This document shows, piece by piece, positions 46,609-57,170 of a stretch of 64,000 nucleotides of DNA. A model generated the notes under the pieces. The model was not told the DNA's origin. It saw only the letters and a program-made list of their open reading frames with translations, and ran no database searches. This DNA is from an uncultured delta proteobacterium (GTDB lineage: Bacteria; Myxococcota; Myxococcia; Myxococcales; Myxococcaceae), in assembly GCA_963711265.1 (NCBI GenBank), contig CAVQDL010000016.1:13235-77234 (forward strand), given 5' to 3'. The position numbers and the translations under genes are program-made. Each line of letters begins with the position of its first letter. The stretch's first letter is position 1.

Positions 46609-47589
46609 CTAGAAGTTCAGGATGTAGGTCAGACGGTAGGCAATGGAGTACGCCGGGTTGCTGGTGAGCGGAAAGTCGATGCCGAACATGAGGGAGTTCT
46701 TCGGGATGAACCAGAAGCGGATGCCGGGGGTCAGGCTGAGGATGGTGCTGATGTTGGTGCCGTCGAGCGGCGTGGTGCCGGAGAACTCGAGAAAGGTCGT
46801 GAAGTTCCCAAGCACGGGCGTGTTGGCGGGCAGCCAGGTCTCGGCCAGGGAGAGTGCGTAGCTGAAGTCATTCGTCGTGGCTCCCTTTTTGGGGGAGCCG
46901 ACCTGGTTGTCGTAGGTGAACGAGTAATACAGACCAAATCGGCCCAGCACCGGGACGACGGCGCCCATGTCTTGCCAGCCGGTGAGGGTGTAGCTCATGG
47001 TGGTCGTCGTCTGCCCGATGCTCTTGTTGGGAAACGCCACCTTGTAGTTGAAGGCGTAAGAGGCGGTTTCTGTGTCCACCAGCTGGAAACGCAGAATGGC
47101 GCCACCCCCAGGACCGTTGACCGGGGCCCCACTGGGCGGCTGATTCCACTGGTAGTTGGTGATGACCTCGAGCATGAGGCGTCGGTCCACCGCGTAGGCG
47201 ATGAGCGCATTCGCGAGCTGGGTGTCGTGCACCTTGGGGTTGTTGTTGACAGCCGTGTAGACGTAGTCGAGTCGGAACTCCTGCTCGAGGAAGTTGGTGG
47301 TGACGCGAAGCAAGGCCATGTCCGGCGTGCGGCGGTGACGGTGGACCCAGGCGTTGGCCCACCCCTCGGTGAAGAAATTCAACAGGGTCAGGTCCGCGGG
47401 CTGGCCACCTTCATGTTCCGCTGCCATGTCCGCGTGGGCCATGTCCAGCGCGCCCGGCGGGGCGGCAACGGCGCCCTCTGGCTGTGGTGCCTCTCCGGAC
47501 TGCTGCGCCGCTGCTCCCCCCGCCGACACCACCGAGACGAGGGTGCAGACCAAAACCGACCGTGCAAGTGGCATGTTCCCTCCCGACAA
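46609..47589 (-). CDS. outer-membrane beta-barrel porin
   Basis: It has a signal peptide, alternating amphipathic strands and a C-terminal ...YRLTYILNF ending in an aromatic residue. Confidence 0.7.
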   Translation of the reverse strand: MSGGNMPLARSVLVCTLVSVVSAGGAAAQQSGEAPQPEGAVAAPPGALDMAHADMAAEHEGGQPADLTLLNFFTEGWANAWVHRHRRTPDMALLRVTTNFLEQEFRLDYVYTAVNNNPKVHDTQLANALIAYAVDRRLMLEVITNYQWNQPPSGAPVNGPGGGAILRFQLVDTETASYAFNYKVAFPNKSIGQTTTTMSYTLTGWQDMGAVVPVLGRFGLYYSFTYDNQVGSPKKGATTNDFSYALSLAETWLPANTPVLGNFTTFLEFSGTTPLDGTNISTILSLTPGIRFWFIPKNSLMFGIDFPLTSNPAYSIAYRLTYILNF

Positions 47590-47716
47590 GGCGACCGCAG
47601 GACGTCCCCCGGCGGCTTTTGCACCGCCCGGCCATGGTTGAGAGACGAATGCTCCTCATAGCAACCTTAAATCGGGCTTAAAAGATCTTTATGTGCCTTT
47701 TAGTTACTTGCCGTGC

Positions 47717-48646
47717 ATGGAACGTCAGATGAGCGGTCCACCGCCCCCGCCCGAGGAGGCAGCGCGTGCCCGCCCGGGCGCCCCCTCCGTGCTGCTCACG
47801 ACAGCCGAGGTGGCAACGTTGCTCAGGGTCCACCCCAAGCACGTCTACCGTCTCCTCAAGAAGGGCCTGCCGGCGCGACGGGTCGGCTCCGAATGGCGCT
47901 TCGACCGCGCGGACGTCCTCGTCTGGTCGGGTGGCGCCACGCCGGCGGCCGACGCCGAAGCGCCTGTGGCCGCGCCCTCCGCGGGTGCCCCAGCCCTCGT
48001 CGCCGGCAATGGCGACGTCGTGCTCATGTCGCTGCTCCGGCTGGCCGCAGGCCAGGGCCCGCCGCTGCTCGGCTTCGTCCAGGCCGACCGGCGCTCAGGC
48101 CTGGACCTGCTGGCCGCGGGCGCCGTGCTCGCCACCGGAGCACACGCGGGCGGCTTTCCGACACATGTGGGCGTCGAGCGGGTCGCTAGAATCCATCTCG
48201 TCCGGCGCGAGATTGGCCTTCTGACGCGGCCCGGGGAAAAGGTCCTGCACCTCGAGGAGCTGTCCCAGCGGCGCCTCGCCTCACGGCCGACGTCCGCCGG
48301 CGTCCGCACCTACCTCGACGCGGCGCTGCGGGGGGCGAAGCTGGACCCCGAGCGCGTCCACCGCCGGGCCCAGCTGCTGTCCTCGCACCTGGACGTCGTC
48401 CTGGCCGTCGTGTCCGGGGGCGCCGACGTGGGCCTCGCCTCCCGGGCGTGGGGCGTCCGCGCCGGCCTCGACTTTCACCCACTCGCCACGGAGGCCTACG
48501 GGCTGCTCGTCAAGGCGCGGGACCTGGGCGAGGCCCCTGTCGTCCGCGTCTGCGAAGTCGCCCAGGGCTCGGCGTTCCGTTCCGAGGTCGGAGCCATCCC
48601 GGGCTACGACGCCGACGGGGCGGGCGACATCCGGTACGACGCCTGA
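47717..48646 (+). CDS. transcriptional regulator: N-terminal excisionase/MerR-type HTH fused to a periplasmic-binding-protein-like (molybdate-binding-like) domain
   Basis: The HTH motif is LLTTAEVATLLRVHPKHVYRLLKKGLPARRVGSEWRFDRADVLVW. The C-terminal domain has an alpha/beta PBP-like pattern. It is divergent from the porin-Mop operon. Confidence 0.65.
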   Translation: MERQMSGPPPPPEEAARARPGAPSVLLTTAEVATLLRVHPKHVYRLLKKGLPARRVGSEWRFDRADVLVWSGGATPAADAEAPVAAPSAGAPALVAGNGDVVLMSLLRLAAGQGPPLLGFVQADRRSGLDLLAAGAVLATGAHAGGFPTHVGVERVARIHLVRREIGLLTRPGEKVLHLEELSQRRLASRPTSAGVRTYLDAALRGAKLDPERVHRRAQLLSSHLDVVLAVVSGGADVGLASRAWGVRAGLDFHPLATEAYGLLVKARDLGEAPVVRVCEVAQGSAFRSEVGAIPGYDADGAGDIRYDA

Positions 48647-48665
48647 GGGCAGTGGGGCCCCACAG

Positions 48666-49208
48666 CTAGGCGGCAGCTGGCCGCTGGGCCAGCGCCCAGG
48701 TCGGGCTGACAATGACGGCGACGCCCGCGACGAGGAGGAGCAGGCCGAAGGTGCCGAACTGCAGGCAGCCCAAGGCGCCCGCCAGCGTGCCCACGGCGCC
48801 GGCCGCCCCCAGGAAGGCCCGACGACCTTCAGGGAGGGCGATGCTTCGCCAGGCAATGACGCCGCCGGCGGCGATGCCGCCGGCGAGGCAACTCACCAGG
48901 CACAGCGTCGTGCAGTCACGGAGGCCACAGCCCATGCCGGCCTGCATGGCGAGCGCAGGCACGAACAGCGGCACCAGGCCCGCTGCCAGCCCCGGCAGCA
49001 CGGCCCGGGCGCTCACACGGCGCCAAATGCCCGCGCCCAGCGCGGCGGCCAGTAACAGGCCACCGAGAAACGGCACCTGACTCTGGTGAGGCCGACTCAT
49101 CACGTATGCCACCAGGGCGACGGCCGCGGCAAGGCCAGGCAAGGCGACGCGAAGTCGCCCAACTTCATAGCTGAAGCGTGCGCGACGCAGCAGTTCAGTC
49201 GAGTCCAT
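48666..49208 (-). CDS. membrane anti-sigma factor candidate
   Basis: It starts MDSTELLRRARFSYEV, overlapping the sigma gene stop by 14 nt, and has 4-5 TM helices. Confidence 0.55.
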   Translation of the reverse strand: MDSTELLRRARFSYEVGRLRVALPGLAAAVALVAYVMSRPHQSQVPFLGGLLLAAALGAGIWRRVSARAVLPGLAAGLVPLFVPALAMQAGMGCGLRDCTTLCLVSCLAGGIAAGGVIAWRSIALPEGRRAFLGAAGAVGTLAGALGCLQFGTFGLLLLVAGVAVIVSPTWALAQRPAAA

Positions 49209-49725
49209 AGCGCGCCCTCCAGGCCGCTCGCAGACGGTGGACTGCTCGTTCGAGGCGTTTGCGGAACGTCGCCCCCGGCACCTCCGGCCGCGGCTCCAGC
49301 TCAATCCACGCAAGCAAGGTGTGCACGTCCTGCGCTGTCATCGTCCCCAGGACCTCCCCCAGGGCGCCACGCAACTCCTCTCGGGCCACGCTACGTTCCG
49401 CCTCGCCGTCGACACTGCTGGTGGCCAAGGGGGCGTCCGACGTCTCGCGGCGCCGGGTCCGCTTCCGCGCGAGGGTGCGGCATTCGGACGTCGCCACGGC
49501 GAGTGCCCAGCCCAGCGCATCCCCCTGCACGTCGAAGTCGGAGACCTGGAAGAAGAGTTTCTCCAAGGCCACCTGGGTCGCATCCTCCGCGTCAGCGTCG
49601 TTGCGCAGCATTCTACGACACCAGCGAAGGACGAGCGGGTGGAGCGCGTCGAAGACCGGGCGCAGCGCGCGCCGGTCTCCGTTCGCGAGGCGAACCATGC
49701 CTGCTTGAAGCTCCTGGCGCTCCAC
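49195..49725 (-). CDS. ECF RNA polymerase sigma factor
   Basis: Region 2 is DAEDATQVALEKLF and region 4 is DVHTLLAWIELEPRPEVPGATFRKRLERAVHRLR. Confidence 0.8.
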   Translation of the reverse strand: MERQELQAGMVRLANGDRRALRPVFDALHPLVLRWCRRMLRNDADAEDATQVALEKLFFQVSDFDVQGDALGWALAVATSECRTLARKRTRRRETSDAPLATSSVDGEAERSVAREELRGALGEVLGTMTAQDVHTLLAWIELEPRPEVPGATFRKRLERAVHRLRAAWRARYGLD

Positions 49726-49987
49726 CCGGTCGATTTCGCTCCGTCGTCGGCCCCCGTCTAGGGGCAGAACGGGCAGTGCGGGAAAAGACAGGCAGCACCG
49801 GCCGTGGAGGCCAACGCCGCCAGAGGCAGGGCCAGCACCGCGACGAACGCCAACTTCGCCTTCCAGTTTCGCATCGAGACACTCCCAATCAAGGAGGCGG
49901 GCCAGAAGTGGCCCGGCTCACCTGGCTATGGGCGCAAGCCGGGGTGAACGTGACCGCCCCGCCCAAAGGGGACCCGGCTGCCGCCTT

Positions 49988-52900
49988 CTAGGGCTCGGGA
50001 CCGGCCGGCGACGGCAGAATGCGCCCGCCGCCCGGCTGGAGGATGTCGAGCTTCTCGTCCGCCCGGTGGTCCTTGGCGATGAGCACGTAGATCGCCGGAA
50101 CGAAGAAGAGCGTGAACAGCGTGCCCGATCGCCATGCCCGGTCACCAGCACCAGGCCGATGCTGTTTCGCGCCGCGGCGCCCGGCGCCGGTCACGAGGGT
50201 CAGCGGGAAGTGGCCGGCGACCGTGGCCACGCTGGTCATGAGGATGGGCCGCAGGCGGGTCAGCGCCGCCTCCTTCACCGCCTCGATCTTCGCCTTGCCC
50301 GACTCCTGCAGCGTGTTGGCGAACTCGACGATGAGGATGCCGTTCTTCGAGATGAGGCCCACCAGCGTCACCAGCCCCACCTGCGAGTAGATGTTGAGGG
50401 TCGTGGTCCACCCGTCGGTGAAGAAGTGGATCTGCGGGTTCGGCATCTTCAGGAAGGTGAAGATCAGCGCGCCGAAGATGGCGAGCGGCACCGAGCCGGC
50501 GAGGATGACGAAGCGGGTCGCGGAAGCTGTTGAACTGCGCCGCGAGCACCAGGAAGATGAGGACGACCGCGAGGCCGAAGGCCGGCAGGAACTTGTCGCC
50601 CTCCTGCCGCAGCTGGCGCGACTCGCCCGTGTAGTCGATCTTGTAGCCCTTGGGCAGGATGCGTGCCCGCCTCGTCCTCGAGGAACGTCGAGGCCGTCGT
50701 CGAGCGAGCGCGGCGACGCCGCTGATCTTGACCGCGTTGAGCTGCTGGAAGCGGTTGAGCGAGCGCGGCATCACGCGTGTCCGGATGGTCGGCGATGGAG
50801 GACAGCGTCACCAGCTGCCCGTTCGGGCCGGTGACGTAGATGTCCTTGAGCTGCTCCGGGTTCAGCCGGTCGACGCGCAGCACCTGCGGGATGACCTTGT
50901 AGCTGCGGCCCGGCGATGCTGAAGCGGTTGACGAAGTTGCCGCCCAGCGCCGCGCCGATGTCCTGCGCCGACCTGTCTGCAGGTTCAGGCCCAGCTGCGC
51001 CACCTTCTCGCGGTCGATCATCGATCTCCGACTGCGGCTGGTCGAGCTTCACGTCGATGAGCGGCGGGAAGGCGAACTGCCCGCTCTTGGCCGCCGCCTT
51101 CTCCTGACAGCTGGCGGGCGAACTCCAGCACCTCGCGGTCTCGGCCGTCGAGGCGATGACGAACTCGATGGGGAAGTTGCCGCCGCCGGGCAGCGCGGGC
51201 GGCGAGCACGGCGAAGGTCTGGATGCCCGGGATGACGGCGACGCGCTTTGCTGCACCTCGGGGAGGATCTGCGCCGACGTTCCGCTTCCGCTGGTCCCAC
51301 GGCTTGAGCCCGTCACCCCAGAAGCCGCCGCTGGGGAAGGTGATCTGGAAGGTGAACTGCGTCTCGGGAATGTCGACCAGATGGCCTGGTTCACCGCCCT
51401 GGTCGAGGGCGATCAGCTGGTCGAGCGTGGAGTTGGCGGGCGTGTTGACGATGCCGAAGATGACGCCCTGGTCCTCGGTCGGCGCCAGCTCCTTGGCGGA
51501 CATGCTCGAACATCGACGACCGCCAGCGACGCTCAGCACGCCCCAGGCGATGTAGATGATGCCGCGCCGTGGCCAGCGACGACGTCGAGCGCCTGCCCGT
51601 AGAGCTGCCGGAAGCGCTCGAAGCCGCGCGTTGATGCGCGCGGGCCAGCCCGCGGTGGTCGTCGCCCGGCCGGAGCAGGTACCGCGACATCATCGGCGAC
51701 AGCGTGAGCGCGACGACGCCGGAGATGGTCACCGCGCCGGCCAGCGTGAGCGCGAACTCGCGGAAGAGCGAGCCGGTGAGGCCGCCCTGGAAGGCGATCG
51801 GGGCGTAGACCGCGGCGAGGGTGATGGTCATCGCGATGATGGGCCCGACCAGCTCGCGCGCGCCGGCCAGCGCAGCGTCTGCAGCGGCGTCATCCCCTCG
51901 CGGAGGTGACGCTCGACGTTCTCCACCACGACGATGGCGTCGTCGACGACGAGACCGACCGAGAGCACGATGGCGAGCAGGGTGAGCAGGTTCACGGTGA
52001 AGCCGAACACCTGCATCAGGAACACGGCGCCGATGAGCGACACCGGGATGGCCACCACCGGCACCAGCACCGAGCGCAGCGAGCCGAGGAAGAGGAAGAT
52101 GACGATGACGACGATGAGCAGCGTCTCGGCCAGCGTGCTTCACCACCTCGTCGATGGCGCTCTGGATGTACTCGGTCGCGTCGTAGGCGACGGTGGCCTT
52201 GATCTGCTCGGGCAGCTCCTTCTGGATGCTGCGCCATCTCGCACCCGCGCCCGCTTGATGACGTCGAGCGAGTTGGCGTTGGGCAGCGCCCAGATGCCCA
52301 TGAAGACGGCCGTCTTCCCGCTGAAGTGCGACGTCGGCGTCGTAGTCCTCGGCGCCGAGCACGACGTCGGCCACGTCCGACAGCCGGACGACCGCTCCGC
52401 CCGTCTGCCGGATGACCAGCTGCTTGAACTCGTCCACCGAGCGCAGGTCGGTGTTGGCGGTGAGGTTGACCTGGACCAGCGAGCCCTTGGTCTGGCCGAC
52501 CGCCGCCAGGTAGTTGTTGGTGGCCAGCGCCTGGCGCACCTGCGCCGGGCTGACGTTGAGCGCGGCCATGCGGTCGGGCTTGAGCCAGATGCGCATGGCG
52601 AAGGTGCGGGCGCCGAGGATGTCCGCGCGCTGCACGCCCTCGATCGCCGAGAGCCGCGGCTGCACCACGCGGACCAGGTAGTCGGTGATCTCGTTCTGCT
52701 TCAGGAACTCCGAGGAGAAGCTCAGGTACGCCGCGGCGAACTGGCTGTCGGCCGATGTCGATGTTGAGGACCGGGACCTGCGCCTCGGGCGGCAGGTCGC
52801 CGCGCACCTGGTCGACCTTGGAGCTGATCTCGGCCAGGGCCTTGGTCGGCGTCGTAGTTGAGCCGCAGGCGGGCACGTGATGGTGGAGAGGCCCTGGCTG

Positions 52901-53152
52901 CTGGTGGACTCGATGTAGTCGATGCCGTCGGCGGCGGCGATGACGCGCTCGAGCGGCGTGGTGATGAAGCCGCGCACCAGGTCCGCGTTGGCGCCGACGT
53001 AGACGGTGGTCACGGTGACGGCCGCGTTCTCGCTGCGCGGGTACTGGCGGACGTTGAGCGAGCGGATGCGCCTGGACACCGGCGATGACGATGACGAGGT
53101 TGACGACGATGCGCGATGACCGGCCGCCGGATGAAGAGGTCGGTGAAGCTCA
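49988..53152 (-). pseudogene. RND-family efflux permease (AcrB/CzcA-like) broken by at least 8 frameshifts, while keeping the normal ~1055-codon length
   Basis: RND segments appear in alternating frames: MSFTDLFIRRPV (start 53152), [125 protein letters not shown] and ...TLFTLFFVPAIYVLI. Confidence 0.7.
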
Positions 53153-54381
53153 TGTCGCCTTTCCCTTCAGCGGTCGATCTGGCGTTGGGGGCTCAGCTCG
53201 CGGCCGGGGACGAGTGTCGTTGTTCACCTGCACCGACTGCCCATTTCGCAGCTTGAACGCGCCGTTGCTCACCACCGTCTCGCCAGCCTTGAGCCCGGAC
53301 ACGACGGCCACGAAGTCGCCCCGGCGCTCCCCGGCACGCACGAAACGCTGCTGCGCGAGCGAGCTCGCTCTTCCCGTCGGCACTCTTCGCCTGCTCGAGG
53401 ACGTAGACCGAGTCGCCGTAGGGCGCGAAAAGGATCGCGGTGGCCGGAACGATCAACAGCTGCTCGACCTTGTCCGAGAAGACCTCGACGCTGGCGAACA
53501 TGCCAGGCGTGAGGCGGCCGTCGGGGTTGGCAACCGTTGCCCGCATGCGGACGTTGCGAGAGGTCGGGTCGACCTCCGGATTGATGGTGGTGACAGTGCC
53601 GTCCCAGGTCGCGCCCGGGAACACGTCGATCGTGACGGTGACTTTCTGGCCTAGCTTGACGTCCGCGAGCGCCTGCTGCGGCAGCTGAAACTCCGCGTAG
53701 ATGGGCGTCACCGTCTGCAACGAGACGATGGGCGTGCCGGAGGACACCACCTGGCCAAGCTCGACCTGGCGGATGCCGACGCGGCCGTCGAATGGCGCCC
53801 GGATGATCTTCTTCGCGATGAGGGCGCGGAGGTTGGCGACGCTGGCCGTTGCTTGCACCGCCCGCGCCTCTGCCGCTTGGAGGTCGGCTTCGGTGTTGAC
53901 GAGGTCCTTGCGCAGCCGACGGGCGCGCTCCAGGGTTTGCTTGGAAAGCGCCTCATCGGCGAGCGCCCCCTGCAGCTGGGCGTCTTCGGCGGAGGTGTCG
54001 AGGCGAACCAGGAGCTGTCCTTGCTTGACGAAGGCGCCGTTCTCGAAGGCGATTTCCCGCACGGTGCCAGTCAGCTCGGCCCCCAGCGTGACGCCCGCGC
54101 ATGGCGATAAGCGTCCCCACTGCGGAACGCTCCGGCCGCCACTCCACGGCTTGCACCTTGGTGGCCGTGACCGACTCCGGCGGCGGTAGCATGGTCTTGC
54201 CCGCCTTAATCATCGTGCCAATCTGGCCGACCTTCACGCCCGCCAGAATGAGTACAATCAACAGCAAGCCCCCGATGGCAATCAGCCAGGGGCGCAGCCG
54301 GCGCGGCTTGGACGGAGCGACGGCCGGGAGGGTCTCCTCGGGAACTTCATCCCGGGGTTGGGCTTCAGCAGGACGGAACAT
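53153..54381 (-). pseudogene. RND efflux periplasmic adaptor (membrane-fusion protein, HlyD family) with at least 2 frameshifts
   Basis: The N-terminus MFRPAEAQ...LIAIGGLLLIVLILAGV...VTATKVQAVEWRPERSAVGTLIAM shifts frame near 54100. The core is in ORF 53193-54062. The authentic C-terminus (GDFVAVVSGLKAGETVVSNGAFKLRNGQSV) lies in yet another frame (53150-53383). Confidence 0.7.
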
Positions 54382-54950
54382 GGTCGGGGGCCGGCAGGAA
54401 AGAGTTCGGCAACGAGATACCCATGTTCAGGTCCTTTGGCTTGCGAAAATGCATGAAGACCGCTGAATTCGCGGGAGCTCATTCTGTTTTGTTCCGGACG
54501 GCGACGGGGCACTCAGCCACCGCACCCCGAGCGGGGTGTTGGATGCCCTCACTCAGAGAAGGTTTCGCAACGGCCTTCCTGCCTCAACCCCCCCCCGGGG
54601 CAGGCCTACGGGCCGGCCCAAGGCCGATTGCCACTCACTGCCCGGATGGGGGGGGCGGGAGGCCCTGGGCCGCCGAGGAGGGGATTGCCGCAGAATGAGA
54701 CCCTTGCTCGCCCGGGACCCCTCCCCCCTTTGGGGCAGCGACTTACCGAGGCGCCGAAAGGGGGCATGGCAACTGGCGGCGGTCATCGGGGGGGAAGTGG
54801 GGCGTGCGTGGCCGGCCCCAGAAGCACCGCGCTGACTCGCCCGGGGCGTGCCCCCGCGGTAGGGAAGCCCTCCGGTTCTTCCGTTGGTCAAGCTCCCGAA
54901 GCGCCGAAGCGGGGTAGAAGCAGGCGCACGCAGGCGAGGAGGCACCCCAC

Positions 54951-55196
54951 GTGAGTACCGAGGCGGAGCTGAAGTCGGAACTGGAGCGTCTGAGGGCAGA
55001 GAACGAGGCGCTCAAGACGCGCGGCAGCAAGGGCGTGTCGATGAAGGTGAGCGAGAAGGGAGGCGTTTCTGTCTACGGCCTGGGGCGCTTCCCCGTCACT
55101 CTCTACCAGGAGCAGTGGCTCAAGCTGTTGGACCTGACCGAGGACATTCGCGCCTTCATCCGCGAGCACGAGAGCGCCCTCAAGAAGAAGGGCTAA
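54951..55196 (+). CDS. hypothetical coiled-coil protein (81 aa)
   Basis: GTG start with gaggagg 10 nt upstream. The product is [22 protein letters not shown]... Confidence 0.5.
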   Translation: MSTEAELKSELERLRAENEALKTRGSKGVSMKVSEKGGVSVYGLGRFPVTLYQEQWLKLLDLTEDIRAFIREHESALKKKG

Positions 55197-55204
55197 GGCC
55201 ACAT

Positions 55205-55345
55205 GTCGGGTCCGGAGCGGGATTCGCGATGGTCTTTGCTCTCCTCATCTCGCCCCTCCTCTGGAATCTCGGCACCTGGTACCTCGGCCTGCCCGGCTCC
55301 AGTTCCCACACCCTCATCGGCTCCATCATGGGCGTGGGCCTGGCC
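55205..55345 (+). pseudogene. internal remnant of a PiT-family inorganic phosphate transporter (about 47 codons)
   Basis: [47 protein letters not shown] aligns with E. coli PitA residues about 95-140 ([46 protein letters not shown]). There is no start or end. Confidence 0.55.
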
Positions 55346-55889
55346 AGCTGCTGGCCGGCCGTCCGCGGGGGGCTGCGGCGGGGACTAGACCGCCCGCCAG
55401 CAGCGTGTCGGCGTCGCTGACCTCGAACATGGACGGGGCCTCAATGTTGAGGAGCTTCACCACGCCGTTCTCGACGAGCATGGCGTAGCGCTGGGAGCGG
55501 ATGCCCATCCCGCGGGCGGTGAGGTCCTGGTCTAGGCCGAGGGCCTTGGTCCAGAGGGCGCTTCCGTCCGCGAGCATGCGGACCTTACCGTCGGCCTTCT
55601 GGTCCTTCCCCCAGGCGCCCATGACGAAGGCGTCGTTCACCGAGACGCACCAAATCTCATCGATGCCCTTGGCCCGGAAGTCGTTGTAGCGGGCCACGTA
55701 GCCCGGGACGTGCTTGCCCGAGCAGGTCGGGGTGAAGGCGCCCGGGAGGCCAAAGACGATGAGACGCTTGCCCTTGGCCAACTCCGACACCTTGAAGCTG
55801 TTCGGGCCCACCACGCAGCCCGGAGTCTCCTCTTCAATCATCTCGGTCAACGTTCCGTCGGGAAGTCGTTCACCAACACGAATGGTCAT
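55326..55889 (-). CDS. peroxiredoxin, Prx5 subfamily
   Basis: [22 protein letters not shown] has the peroxidatic Cys in the PGAFTPTCS context. Confidence 0.85.
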   Translation of the reverse strand: MTIRVGERLPDGTLTEMIEEETPGCVVGPNSFKVSELAKGKRLIVFGLPGAFTPTCSGKHVPGYVARYNDFRAKGIDEIWCVSVNDAFVMGAWGKDQKADGKVRMLADGSALWTKALGLDQDLTARGMGIRSQRYAMLVENGVVKLLNIEAPSMFEVSDADTLLAGGLVPAAAPRGRPASSWPGPRP

Positions 55890-56842
55890 GGATTTCTAGT
55901 CCTCCTCGAGGGGGCTGTGCTTACCACACTGCCCGCTCGGGGCCCGAGTGTCGGGCGGAAGGGCCCGGTCGCCAGCGCGCGAAACTCCGTCATCGCCGCG
56001 CTGGGGCGGCGCCCCTCCACCTGCAGCCAGGTGAGTGTTCGGCGCAGGACGAGGTCCTCGACGGTGAGGGCGGCCAGCTCGCCCCGGGCAATCTCCTTCT
56101 GGACGGCAAGGATGCTGAGGATGGCGAAGCCCACACCGGCGGCGGCCAGCTGCTTCATGACCTCGTTTTCGCTGATTTCGAACAGCCGGGCCGGCGTCAC
56201 GCCGCGGTTGCGCAGGGCGGCCAGGACGACGTCGCGCGTCCCGGCCCCCTCTTCCCGGATGAGATACAGCTCCTCAAAGAGGCGCGCCGCCCGAAGGCGG
56301 CGCACCTGGGTCAGAGGGTGGGCCGGGGCCACCACCGCCACCAATTCGTCCTCCATCCAGGGGGACACCTGGACCCGGGTGTGGCTGACCGGGCCCTCCA
56401 CCACCCCCAACTCGATGGTGTTGGCCAGAAGCGCCTCCAGGACCGCCCGGGTGTTGGCCGCCACCAGGGTCAACTCGATGACCGGGTGACGGGCGTGGAA
56501 AGCGCCCAGGATGGGCGGGAGGAAGTAGCTGGCCACCGTCAGACTGGAGCCCAGGCGCAGCGACCCGCGTCGCAGCCCGCGCCGCTCGGCCAGCGCCTCC
56601 TCGGCGGCCCGTTCCTCGCCGAACAGCACCCGGGCGTGGGCCAGCAACACCCTCCCCTCCTCGGTGAGGCCGACCCCGCGGGCACTCCGCACCAGTAGCT
56701 GCGTGCCTAGCTGGGCCTCCAGCTGTCGCACCGCCTTGGAGATGGCCGGCTGGCTGACCCGAAGCACCCGCGCAGCCGCCGTGAAGCCTCCCCGCTCGGC
56801 CACCGCGGCGAAGAGACGAAGCGAGTTGAGATTCATCGCCAT
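55886..56842 (-). CDS. LysR family transcriptional regulator
   Basis: The N-terminal HTH is LRLFAAVAERGGFTAAARVLRVSQPAISKAVRQLEAQLG. Its stop overlaps the peroxiredoxin start. Confidence 0.85.
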   Translation of the reverse strand: MAMNLNSLRLFAAVAERGGFTAAARVLRVSQPAISKAVRQLEAQLGTQLLVRSARGVGLTEEGRVLLAHARVLFGEERAAEEALAERRGLRRGSLRLGSSLTVASYFLPPILGAFHARHPVIELTLVAANTRAVLEALLANTIELGVVEGPVSHTRVQVSPWMEDELVAVVAPAHPLTQVRRLRAARLFEELYLIREEGAGTRDVVLAALRNRGVTPARLFEISENEVMKQLAAAGVGFAILSILAVQKEIARGELAALTVEDLVLRRTLTWLQVEGRRPSAAMTEFRALATGPFRPTLGPRAGSVVSTAPSRRTRNP

Positions 56843-56950
56843 AGCTAAAAGTTATTGTATGCACACCAAGAATGTCTTGGCGATCTCGCTGGTCGGAGTG
56901 CACCTTCTTGCCTGCAGCGGCACTGACGCCGCCTTGAGGAGAAGACAGCC

Positions 56951-57106
56951 ATGTACAAGTTCAATGACAAGCAGCGGCAGCGCCTTCTGGAAGACGCCCT
57001 GGTGGCGGACCTGCTCGGCCCGGCGTCCAGCCTGAAGCCCCGCGTCCAGAAGACGGCCGTCCGGCCGGCGCCCCCGGCAGCGGTTCCCCAGGCGCCGGGC
57101 CAGGCG
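56951..57106 (+). CDS. small hypothetical protein (51 aa)
   Basis: gaggag sits 10 nt before the ATG. The product MYKFNDKQRQRLLEDALVADLLGPASSLKPRVQKTAVRPAPPAAVPQAPGQAAA has a low-complexity tail. Confidence 0.35.
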
Positions 57107-57170
57107 GCGGCCTAACCACCCACTCGGGCGGCATCCACAGGAAGGGCACCTGCGCTATAGAACCAGCGCC

